From positions 7,532 through 71,531 of the forward strand of contig PWGX01000017.1 of NCBI GenBank assembly GCA_003554615.1: a stretch of DNA of 64,000 nt, in the 5' to 3' direction. Position numbers and translations under genes: made by a program. The stretch is from Syntrophomonadaceae bacterium (GTDB taxonomy: Bacteria > Bacillota > Dethiobacteria > DTU022). The notes below the pieces were generated by a model. It had not been told where the DNA came from, searched no databases, and saw only the letters and a program-made list of their open reading frames with translations. Of the stretch, positions 34,982-43,500 are shown in pieces (the stretch's first letter is position 1; every line of letters starts with the position of its first letter).

Positions 34982-37690
34982 GTGAATTTTATCATAACGC
35001 ATAAAAACGGGGATTTTGACGCCCTGGCTGCAGTAACAGCAGCCGCAAAGCTCTTTCCGGGAAGCAAAGTGATTATGCCTGAAACCCTGCAGGCAAATGT
35101 TCGGCCCTTTGTTAATTTGTACAGGGATCTCCTGCCTATCAGCGATCCAAAAGATCTGCCTGAAAGAATTGACACCCTTTATGTGATTGACACAAACCGG
35201 AAAGAGAGACTTGGAAAGTGGGATTACCTTCCTGAAATAGCCGGCCAGGTTAAAGTATTTGACCATCACCCGGGTGAAGAAGATCTGGGCGCCGACCAGA
35301 TCAGGATCGAAAAGGTTGGTTCCACTACCACCATCCTTCTAGAAGAGTTGATTAAAAAAAATATTGATTTTACCGAGTTCGAGGCAACCCTGTTTGCGCT
35401 GGGCATTTATGAAGATACGGGGTGCCTGACCTTTGAGATAACCACCAGCCGGGACGCCCGGGCCCTGGCTTGTCTCTGGGAAAAAGGACTTAACACCACC
35501 CTGCTCCAGGAGTACCTCCGGACCCCTCTGACTGATTCCCAAAAAGTTCTGCTTGAAAAATTGATTCAGAACAGCGAGCTTTACGAGCTTAACCAGCGCC
35601 GGGTTATGATCAGCACCACAAAACTGAGCGAATACGTCAGTGGTGCCTCGGTTATGCTCCAGCTCCTGGATGACATTGAAGATACCGCTTTAACCATAGT
35701 TATCGTCCAGATGACCGAAAATATTTACTTTGCCGCGCGGACCCGTGAAAACGATCTTGACCTGCTGGAATTGCTGTCCCCATTTGATGTCAAAGGATAT
35801 TCAGCGGCGGTAACCACCCACTTTAAAGGCATCGAAGCGGGAGAGCTGAAAAGGGAGGTTGTCGAGTTTTTAAAGAATTATCTTCCCCCGATTATGACGG
35901 CCGGCGAAGCCGCTTCCAGACCAGTCTATACCATCCGAAGCGATACCAGTCTTGTTGAAGCAGAGCAGTTCCTTGCTGAAAAGGAGATCAAAGGCTGTCC
36001 GGTCCTTGAAGATGAAAAGCCAACTGGTGTCATATCCCGCCGGGATTTACAAAAGGGTTTACGCAGTGAGCTGGGCCACGCCCCGGTTAAAGGATTTATG
36101 ACCCAGCATTTAATTACCGCTTCGCCGGGGGATTCTTTGATCGAGGTGCGCAGAATGATGGTCGAGCACAACATCGGCCGGATCCCGGTAGTGGGCCTGG
36201 ACGGCAAACTGGAGGGTATTATCACCCGCTCCGATCTCCTGCACCATTTAAACTCTCTTGACTCGAGGGGCAGATCAATCAAGGCCCAAGCAGATAATCC
36301 AACCGGTGAACCATTTTCTGCCCGAAACGGACGGGAGCGCGAAGAAGCTGCTGAATTACCCGATCAGGTTGATGCGAACGGCGAGATATACCTGAGTAAT
36401 CTTTTGGACAGGGAGCTGCCCTCCAGGGTCAAAAAGCTGCTGCTTCAGATCAGGCAGCTTGCCTACCGGGAAAATACAGACATCTACCTGGTCGGAGGGA
36501 CAATCAGGGATCTACTGCTCCGTCATCCTCCGGAAAAAGATTTCGACTTTGTCGTGCTTGGCGATGCAATTTCATTTACATTCAAGTTGCAAAAACTGGT
36601 GGGCGGTAAGATCAGACACTTTGAGCAGTTTGGAACCGCTTCCCTTTATCTCGATGACGGGGTCAGGCTCGACCTGGTAACCGCCCGCAAGGAATATTAC
36701 CCTTCGCCCGCCGCTCCGCCGCAGGTTGAAAGCTCCAGCTTAAAGAACGATCTGTTTAGGAGGGATTTTACCATTAACACGATGGCCTGCTCTATTGGGA
36801 CCGAAGATTATGGTCGCCTTTATGATTTCTACAGCGGCCGCAAAGACCTGAAAAATAAAATTATCCGGGCCCTTTATAACCTCAGTTTTTTTGATGATCC
36901 CCTGCGCATACTGCGGGCGGTCCGCTTTGAACAGCGCTACAATTTTACCATTGAACCGGAAACTCTGGGATTGATCGAACAGGCCGTGGATCAAAAAGTC
37001 CTGAATGAGGTCAGCCGGCATCGTTTAAACCAGGAAATCAAATTAATCTACCGGGAACCATCCCCGGTTAAGGTGCTAAAAAGGCTTGATCAGTTCAAAA
37101 TCCTGCCTTTTTTATATCCCCGGACCACTCCAGATCACAAAACATGGGAGCTGCTGGCCAGGATCGAGGAAGTATTACAATGGGCTGGAGAAAGCGGTTG
37201 GAAGAATAAACCGGACTCGGAACTTGTCTATTTGAGTGGCCTGCTGCTCGGTTTGGAATCTGCCGATAGGTCTGCTATAATAAAAAAGTTGCGGTTATCC
37301 CGGGACAGGGCTTCGACAATAATTGATGCCTGCCAGAAAATACCAGATGTATTGGAAAAATTGAAGCAGGAGGCCCTGAATCCGAGCGTTGTCGTCAGCT
37401 GCCTGGAGCCGCTTCCCGTGGAAGCAGTGCTGCTGGCCTACGCCATGACTGAGAATAAAACGATCAGGGGCCACCTGAAGGTATACATGGAAGCTCTTAA
37501 ACATATCCGGCCGCGCTTAAAAGGAAGCGACCTGAAAAGAATGGGCCTGGAGCCGGGAGCCCGCTACCAGCAGATTATTGACAGCCTTAAACAGGCCGTC
37601 CTGGACGGAGAAGTGCGGACCCCGCAGGAAGAGCTCGACTACGTTATTAATTACCTGGAGGCCGAAAAAGTAAGGGGGAGTAAGCTTTGA
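34982..37690 (+). CDS. Multidomain DHH/DHHA1-like - CBS pair - poly(A) polymerase/CCA-adding tRNA nucleotidyltransferase fusion
   Basis: The gene has a GTG start. The product has the motifs THKNGDFDAL and VFDHHP (DHH), then two CBS repeats, then YLVGGTIRDLLL..DFDFV and RRDFTINTMA (nucleotidyltransferase head), over 902 aa. Confidence 0.85.
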   Translation: MNFIITHKNGDFDALAAVTAAAKLFPGSKVIMPETLQANVRPFVNLYRDLLPISDPKDLPERIDTLYVIDTNRKERLGKWDYLPEIAGQVKVFDHHPGEEDLGADQIRIEKVGSTTTILLEELIKKNIDFTEFEATLFALGIYEDTGCLTFEITTSRDARALACLWEKGLNTTLLQEYLRTPLTDSQKVLLEKLIQNSELYELNQRRVMISTTKLSEYVSGASVMLQLLDDIEDTALTIVIVQMTENIYFAARTRENDLDLLELLSPFDVKGYSAAVTTHFKGIEAGELKREVVEFLKNYLPPIMTAGEAASRPVYTIRSDTSLVEAEQFLAEKEIKGCPVLEDEKPTGVISRRDLQKGLRSELGHAPVKGFMTQHLITASPGDSLIEVRRMMVEHNIGRIPVVGLDGKLEGIITRSDLLHHLNSLDSRGRSIKAQADNPTGEPFSARNGREREEAAELPDQVDANGEIYLSNLLDRELPSRVKKLLLQIRQLAYRENTDIYLVGGTIRDLLLRHPPEKDFDFVVLGDAISFTFKLQKLVGGKIRHFEQFGTASLYLDDGVRLDLVTARKEYYPSPAAPPQVESSSLKNDLFRRDFTINTMACSIGTEDYGRLYDFYSGRKDLKNKIIRALYNLSFFDDPLRILRAVRFEQRYNFTIEPETLGLIEQAVDQKVLNEVSRHRLNQEIKLIYREPSPVKVLKRLDQFKILPFLYPRTTPDHKTWELLARIEEVLQWAGESGWKNKPDSELVYLSGLLLGLESADRSAIIKKLRLSRDRASTIIDACQKIPDVLEKLKQEALNPSVVVSCLEPLPVEAVLLAYAMTENKTIRGHLKVYMEALKHIRPRLKGSDLKRMGLEPGARYQQIIDSLKQAVLDGEVRTPQEELDYVINYLEAEKVRGSKL

Positions 37691-38337
37691 TAGGTTTAGA
37701 TCCTGTAACTATTGCCTTGCGGATACCGGTACTGTTAATTGTGATTACGGTTCATGAATTTGCCCATGCCCGGATGGCTTTTCATTATGGTGACGCCACC
37801 GCCCACAGGCAGGGTAGAATGAACCTGAATCCGATCAATCATCTCGATCCTATCGGCTCGCTGATGATCCTGCTGGTCGGTTTTGGCTGGGCCAAGCCGG
37901 TTCCGATCAACCCGTTGAATTTCAACCGTTACCGTTCGGGACTGCGCTGGGTTTCTTTTGCCGGCCCAATGAGCAACCTGATTTTTGGTTTTATCAGCCT
38001 GGTAGTTTTCAGGATCCTTATAAATGTAGGGCTGATTACCTTTGCAGGCACCGATTATGGCCATTTGGCCTTTGATTTTTTCCAGCAGTTGATTATGATC
38101 AACATCTACCTGGCCCTGTTTAACCTGCTGCCCATACCGCCCCTTGACGGGTCTAAAATATTAATGTCATTTCTTTCAGATGAGCACCTGGGTTTATACC
38201 GGCAGCTGGAACGCTACGCGCCGCTGATCTTGATCGGCCTGATCATAACCGGCATACTCGGAACGATTATCTTTCCGCTGGCCCGGTTCGTTCTGCTTAT
38301 TTACGAAACGATTATCCAGTATATACCAGGTTTGTAG
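37687..38337 (+). CDS. Site-2 protease family (M50) membrane metalloprotease
   Basis: The HEFAH zinc motif lies in the first TM helix and the NLLPIPPLDG motif is present. The product is polytopic. Confidence 0.85.
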   Translation: MIGLDPVTIALRIPVLLIVITVHEFAHARMAFHYGDATAHRQGRMNLNPINHLDPIGSLMILLVGFGWAKPVPINPLNFNRYRSGLRWVSFAGPMSNLIFGFISLVVFRILINVGLITFAGTDYGHLAFDFFQQLIMINIYLALFNLLPIPPLDGSKILMSFLSDEHLGLYRQLERYAPLILIGLIITGILGTIIFPLARFVLLIYETIIQYIPGL

Positions 38338-38368
38338 CAGTATATTTTTACTGGGAGGGCAGTTTTAG

Positions 38369-39355
38369 ATGGAAAAAAAGACCGTATTTTCAGGAATCCA
38401 GGCTTCCGGTTCCCTGCACCTGGGAAATTATCTGGGAGCGATCCGCAACTGGGCGGCAATGCAGTACGATTACAATAATTACTTTTGCGTGGTTGACCTG
38501 CATACGATCACTGTGCCCCAGGATCCCGCCACATTAAGAGCCAAGATCAGGGAGGTGGCGGGCCTGCTGTTTGCCGCCGGCATTGAGGCGGAAAACTCGG
38601 TGGTTTTTATCCAGTCCGATGTTAAGGCCCATTCCGAGCTGGCCTGGCTTTTAAACTGTATTACCCCCATGGGCTGGCTGCACCGAATGACCCAGTTCAA
38701 AGAAAAATCAGAAAAACAGAAGGAGGAAGTCAGTGTAGGGCTTTTTGATTACCCGGTCTTACAGGCGGCGGATATCCTTCTCTATGATACGCACATGGTG
38801 CCGGTAGGGGAAGATCAAAAACAGCACGTGGAGCTCTGCCGGGATATTGCCCAGCGTTTTAATTACCGTTACGGCGAGGTGTTTGTCCTTCCCGAACCGC
38901 ATATCCCGCCGGTTGGCGGCCGGGTGATGGGGCTTGCCAACCCGGAAAAGAAGATGAGCAAAAGCGAAGAGAAACAAGAAGACTCGATTTTCCTGCTCGA
39001 TACCCCCGATCAAATTAGAAAAAAAGTTAAAAAAGCAACCACGGACTCCCTGCGTGATATCAGTTTTGACGAAAACCGCCCCGGCATAAACAACCTCCTC
39101 ACTATTTACCAGCTCCTGACCGATAAAAGCAGGGAGAAGATAGAAGAGCACTTCTCCGATAAAACTTACAAAGACCTCAAAGAAGAGGTGGCCGAAGTGG
39201 TGATAGAAAGCCTGAGGCCGTTGCAGGAACGCTATCACGAGCTGACCGGCGAAGCAGGGTATCTGGACGGGATGCTCGAAAGAGGAGCCGAGAAGGCCGG
39301 CGCTCAGGCAGAAAAGAAAATGCGCCAGGTGTCGGAATCAATGGGCTTAAAATAA
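38369..39355 (+). CDS. trpS: Tryptophan--tRNA ligase
   Basis: The sequence FSGIQASGSLHLGNYLGA carries a HIGH-type motif, and the KMSKS motif is present. The 328-aa length fits. Confidence 0.95.
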   Translation: MEKKTVFSGIQASGSLHLGNYLGAIRNWAAMQYDYNNYFCVVDLHTITVPQDPATLRAKIREVAGLLFAAGIEAENSVVFIQSDVKAHSELAWLLNCITPMGWLHRMTQFKEKSEKQKEEVSVGLFDYPVLQAADILLYDTHMVPVGEDQKQHVELCRDIAQRFNYRYGEVFVLPEPHIPPVGGRVMGLANPEKKMSKSEEKQEDSIFLLDTPDQIRKKVKKATTDSLRDISFDENRPGINNLLTIYQLLTDKSREKIEEHFSDKTYKDLKEEVAEVVIESLRPLQERYHELTGEAGYLDGMLERGAEKAGAQAEKKMRQVSESMGLK

Positions 39356-39417
39356 TAAGAGCACCTTTTTCGGGATTTGTTTGCAAATATATTAGATTCC
39401 CTATTTAAGAGGTTTTG

Positions 39418-40224
39418 ATGGCAGAACAGACAGAATATAAAATTAAACTTCCCACTTTTGAAGGGCCTTTTGATCTGCTCTTTCACCTGATCAAGAAAGC
39501 GGAGCTTGATATCTGGTCAGTTTCAATAGCCGATATTACCGAGCAGTACCTGGCTTACCTGCAGTCGATGAAAGAGCTGAACTTAGAAATAGCCAGCGAA
39601 TTCCTGGTTATGGCCGCCACCCTGTTACGCCTCAAATCAAAGCTATTGCTGCCGCGTTCACCTAAACACGAAGATCAGGAAGAAGTGGAAGAACTGTTTG
39701 AAATCAATACCGCTGAAGAATTGTTTCAGCGCCTGGAAGAATACCGCTCATTCAAAAAGGCGACCCTCTACCTGCGTCAAAAAGAAGATAACCAGAAGAA
39801 AGTTTTCCTGAGGTCTACCGGGGGCCAGAAAGTGATGGTTTTTACCAGGCAGGAATCGGTTTATACCATCTGGGAGGGAGCCCATCATCTCAGCGATATA
39901 ATGCAGCGCTTTGCCAGGATTGCTTCGCAGCGGGAATATGTGCCGGCCTTCAGTGCCGTGGAAGATTTTGTCATTGCCAGGAAAGCCGATTATATCCAGG
40001 CAGTTTTGGAACAGAATCAGCGGCCCATGCCAATGAGGGATTTTGTGACCGGTTCAGGATTATGGGAGGTCCTTATTACCTTTATTGCCCTGCTGGAAAT
40101 GTCCAGGCAGAGAAAGGTTAACCTGCTGCAGGACAAGCCCTTTGGACCAATCCTGGTTTTATTAAAAGCAGAACAGCCGAAGGAGGGTGAAAGTGGAGAA
40201 AGAACAGCAGAAGAAGGCAATTGA
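39418..40224 (+). CDS. scpA: Segregation and condensation protein A
   Basis: The sequence FEGPFDLLFHLIKKAELDIWSVSIADITEQYL matches ScpA. The ATG at 39418 is preferred over the TTG at 39415. Confidence 0.9.
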   Translation: MAEQTEYKIKLPTFEGPFDLLFHLIKKAELDIWSVSIADITEQYLAYLQSMKELNLEIASEFLVMAATLLRLKSKLLLPRSPKHEDQEEVEELFEINTAEELFQRLEEYRSFKKATLYLRQKEDNQKKVFLRSTGGQKVMVFTRQESVYTIWEGAHHLSDIMQRFARIASQREYVPAFSAVEDFVIARKADYIQAVLEQNQRPMPMRDFVTGSGLWEVLITFIALLEMSRQRKVNLLQDKPFGPILVLLKAEQPKEGESGERTAEEGN

Positions 40225-40903
40225 AGCCCTGCTTTTTCTAAGCGAAGAGCCTGTAAAACCGGATAAAATAGCAGCGACGCTCTCAACCACTACGGAAGAG
40301 GCCGAAAAAAGGGTCAGGGAACTGCAGGAAGATCTTTTTTCACAGGGCCGCGGCCTGCAAGTATTTGAGGCAGCCGGTGGTTTTCAAATGGGCACTCAGC
40401 CGGATCTGGCACCTTTGCTGGAAAAAGCATTCAGTGAGGAAGTGTCAAGCAATTTATCCACGGCCGCCCTGGAAGTGCTGGCCATAATCGCCTACAAACA
40501 GCCGGTGACCAGGATTGAGATCGAGTCTATTCGCGGAGTTAGAAGCGAACATGTTATTGACAATCTTTTGAAACGCAAGCTGATCAAGGTTAGCGGCCGT
40601 AAAGAAGGCCCGGGCCGGCCGATTTTGTACGGCACGACCCCTGATTTCTTGAAATATTTTGGATTGAAAGATCTCAGCGATCTTCCGGAATTGGAAGTGG
40701 AAAACGGAGATGAACAGGAAGCAGAAAGCCTGCCGGAAAGCAAAACACCGGAAAGCAAGACACCGGAAAGTGAACCTGTGTTTGAAGTTATAGATAACCC
40801 CGCTTCAGGTGATTCATTGGAAGAATACGGCACCGCTTTAACCGATGAGCAGCCGCCGGATGCAGATGATGCCTGTTCCGGTGAAGACCGGGACAATTTC
40901 TAA
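40187..40903 (+). CDS. scpB: Segregation and condensation protein B with acidic C-terminal extension
   Basis: The segments IEALLF.S.EP, AL.VLAIIAYKQPVTR.EIE.IRGV and GRPILYGTT match ScpB. The GTG at 40193 is better spaced from the SD. The C-terminus contains ESKTPESKTPES repeats. Confidence 0.9.
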   Translation: MKVEKEQQKKAIEALLFLSEEPVKPDKIAATLSTTTEEAEKRVRELQEDLFSQGRGLQVFEAAGGFQMGTQPDLAPLLEKAFSEEVSSNLSTAALEVLAIIAYKQPVTRIEIESIRGVRSEHVIDNLLKRKLIKVSGRKEGPGRPILYGTTPDFLKYFGLKDLSDLPELEVENGDEQEAESLPESKTPESKTPESEPVFEVIDNPASGDSLEEYGTALTDEQPPDADDACSGEDRDNF

Positions 40904-40948
40904 GTTAATCCGATGGCTTAAGCAGTGGTTAAAGGTGGTTAGGTAAAA

Positions 40949-41668
40949 ATGAGGCTGGCAAAATACCTGGCCCGATCCGGTGTTGATTCACGGCGGAGGG
41001 CCGAAGAAATGATTGCTGAAGGCAGGGTCTGTATTAACGGGATCATAATTGGTAAACCCCAGACTCTCGTGCAGGATAACGACCTGGTTACGGTTGATGG
41101 TAAACCGGTCGAAGGTTTTGAGCAAAAAACCTATCTTCTCCTGCATAAACCCGCAGGATATATTTCGACAGTCCGGGATACTCATAACCGCCCTACTGTG
41201 ATGGACCTGGTTAAGGGGGAAGAAAAGCGCCTTTACCCGGTGGGAAGGCTGGATGCCGATACCAGCGGCGTCCTGCTGATGACCAATGATGGAGAATTGT
41301 CCCATCGTTTAACCCATCCCAGCTTTGAAGTGGAAAAAAAGTACCTGGCCCGGGTTTCCGGCATTCCCGGAGAGAAAGCCCTAAATAATATGCGCAGGGG
41401 TGTATTAATCGAAGGCCACAAGACCGCTTCGGCGAAAGTTGAGCTGGCCGGAAATTTTGAAAAAGAAAACGAATCCCTGCTGGAAATAACCCTGATCGAG
41501 GGTAAAAAAAGACAGGTTAAAAAAATGTGCGAGGCCATAAACCACCCTGTGGTTAACCTGCACAGGCAGGAATTCGCCGGTCTCAAAGCCGAAAGCGTCC
41601 GGGAAGGAACTTACCGCCACCTTACCAGCCGGGAAATCAAAGCGCTGTACCGCCTGGTTAAGCTGTAA
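40949..41668 (+). CDS. rluB: Pseudouridine synthase (RsuA/RluB family)
   Basis: The product has an S4 domain (RLAKYLARSGVDSRRRAEEMI) and the catalytic GRLDADTSGVLLMTNDG motif. Confidence 0.88.
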   Translation: MRLAKYLARSGVDSRRRAEEMIAEGRVCINGIIIGKPQTLVQDNDLVTVDGKPVEGFEQKTYLLLHKPAGYISTVRDTHNRPTVMDLVKGEEKRLYPVGRLDADTSGVLLMTNDGELSHRLTHPSFEVEKKYLARVSGIPGEKALNNMRRGVLIEGHKTASAKVELAGNFEKENESLLEITLIEGKKRQVKKMCEAINHPVVNLHRQEFAGLKAESVREGTYRHLTSREIKALYRLVKL

Positions 41669-41770
41669 ATGGCTTTATACCTTGCAAATAAGCTTTTTTA
41701 ATGAGAGAATAGAACTGCTTTTAACCAAATACCGCCTGAATTAAAGGTCTATTTTCCAGGGAGAGTCAAG

Positions 41771-42139
41771 GTGACTGAAAACAGCAGGCAGACCCGGGGA
41801 ATCAGGGGAGCAACAACCGTAAAAGACAACAACGCAGATGAAATTATTTCAGCTACCCGGGAACTGCTGGGAAAAATTGTTGATGAAAATTCCATTGGCA
41901 CCGGGGATATTGCTGCCGTGTTTTTTTCCGTCACTCCGGATTTGAACCGTGCTTTCCCGGCTAAAGCGGCCCGGGATATGGGCTGGATGAACGTACCATT
42001 ATTTTGCCAGCTTGAAATTGATGTGCCGGGTTCGCTGGCAAAATGCATCAGGATAATGATGCTGGTTAACACCACCCTTGGACAGGACCAGATCAGACAT
42101 GTTTACTTGAAAGAAACACCAAAGCTGCGGGAACAATAA
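41771..42139 (+). CDS. aroH: Chorismate mutase, AroH class
   Basis: The sequence RGIRGATTV...TPDLNRAFPAKAAR...CIRIMMLVNT aligns closely with B. subtilis AroH. Confidence 0.9.
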   Translation: MTENSRQTRGIRGATTVKDNNADEIISATRELLGKIVDENSIGTGDIAAVFFSVTPDLNRAFPAKAARDMGWMNVPLFCQLEIDVPGSLAKCIRIMMLVNTTLGQDQIRHVYLKETPKLREQ

Positions 42140-42198
42140 TTTATTAAATTTAGGCCATAAAAAAGGGATTTTACAGGGAAGAGCGAATTAGACATAAA

Positions 42199-42876
42199 AT
42201 GCCAGAAAAACAGGGATATCCAAAAATAGCTATAGACGGCCCTGCCGGCGCTGGGAAAAGCACTGTTACCAGGGAGGTGTCACGCCGCCTGGCCTTGAAA
42301 TATCTCGATACAGGCGCCATGTACAGGGCCATAACTTTAAAATTTATTTACGAGAATACTGAGTTATCGGATCTAAAAAGTATTGAAGAAATACTGAATC
42401 GGACCGAGGTTAGACTCAGCGACAGACAAGAAGTTTTTCTTGACGGCACGAATGTTACCGGCGATATTCGCAGTGCCGACGTTAACAGGTTAGTTTCTCC
42501 GGTATCCGCCATTTCCCCGGTCCGCCTGCGGCTGGTTGAAATGCAGAGAACAATAGCGAAAGAATCAAACGGGATTGTTATGGAAGGGCGGGATATTGCG
42601 TCCAGGGTGATACCCGATGCAGATTTTAAGTTTTACCTGGATGCTTCAATACAAGAGCGGGCGCGGCGGCGCCGGAAAGAACAGCTGGAAAAAGGTATAG
42701 AAATGACAGAGGACGAAGTAATTGAAGAGATTAAAAACAGGGATTTTATTGACTCTGGGAGGGAAGATTCTCCACTGACTATGGTATCTGACGCGATAGT
42801 GATCGATACCACCGATATGGCATTTGAAGCGGTCGTAGATAAAATCATATCCATCGTCAAGAGCAAAGTGTCCTGA
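42199..42876 (+). CDS. cmk: Cytidylate kinase
   Basis: The motifs IAIDGPAGAGKST, YLDTGAMYRA and GRDI are present. Confidence 0.93.
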   Translation: MPEKQGYPKIAIDGPAGAGKSTVTREVSRRLALKYLDTGAMYRAITLKFIYENTELSDLKSIEEILNRTEVRLSDRQEVFLDGTNVTGDIRSADVNRLVSPVSAISPVRLRLVEMQRTIAKESNGIVMEGRDIASRVIPDADFKFYLDASIQERARRRRKEQLEKGIEMTEDEVIEEIKNRDFIDSGREDSPLTMVSDAIVIDTTDMAFEAVVDKIISIVKSKVS

Positions 42877-42885
42877 AAAAGCCAG

Positions 42886-43500
42886 GTGAACATCGTGCTT
42901 TATCAGATTGTCCGTTTGATTTTACTTATAGCTGTAAAAGTGCTGTACCGGACAAAAATACACGGAAGAGAAAATATACCGAGGCGCAAGCCGTTTATCA
43001 TATGTTCAAACCATTTAAACTGGCTGGATCCGGTTGTGATCGTGACATCAGTTCCCGGTTCACATCAGGTTCACTTTATGGCCAAAAAAGAGCTGTTCAG
43101 CAATTTTATTTTTTCGTATTTGCTGCGTAAAGTGGGCGCTTTTCCACTTAAACGTAAAGATGCCGATTACGCCGCAATCAGGAAGGCCTACCAGCTACTT
43201 CAGGACAGGCAGGTGTTGGGACTTTTTCCGGAGGGTTCACGGAGTAAAAGCGGGAGATTGCAGAGACCTTACAACGGAGCGGCTTTAATAGCCGTGCGCA
43301 GTGGCGTGCCGGTCTTGCCGATGGCAATAGCCGGGCCGTATCGCCTTTTTAAGCCTCTTCATGTGTTTATTGGACCGCCCTTTGTTTTACCGCCCCTCAT
43401 GTATAACCATAAAGAGGAGAAAAAAGCCCAGCTGGAAGAGATGAGTCATCTTATAATGGGGCAGATCAGGGCTTTACTCCCTGAATACAGTGAAAATTAA
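42886..43500 (+). CDS. plsC: 1-acyl-sn-glycerol-3-phosphate acyltransferase
   Basis: The acyltransferase motifs NHLNWLDP (HX4D), FPEGSRS and the PVLPMAI block are present. Confidence 0.85.
   Translation: MNIVLYQIVRLILLIAVKVLYRTKIHGRENIPRRKPFIICSNHLNWLDPVVIVTSVPGSHQVHFMAKKELFSNFIFSYLLRKVGAFPLKRKDADYAAIRKAYQLLQDRQVLGLFPEGSRSKSGRLQRPYNGAALIAVRSGVPVLPMAIAGPYRLFKPLHVFIGPPFVLPPLMYNHKEEKKAQLEEMSHLIMGQIRALLPEYSEN

Noticed and set aside
38338-38368. I expected a T-box leader upstream of trpS.
   Set aside because: Only 31 nt separate the M50 protease stop from the trpS start. There is no room for a T-box, so trpS appears to be co-transcribed with upstream genes.
40730-40775. 15-bp tandem repeats (ccggaaagcaaRaca x2-3) occur here, along with GAA/CAG-rich repeats at 45480-45842.
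   Set aside because: They lie in frame inside scpB and ispH-S1 and encode low-complexity acidic tails. They are not CRISPR arrays or intergenic repeat elements.
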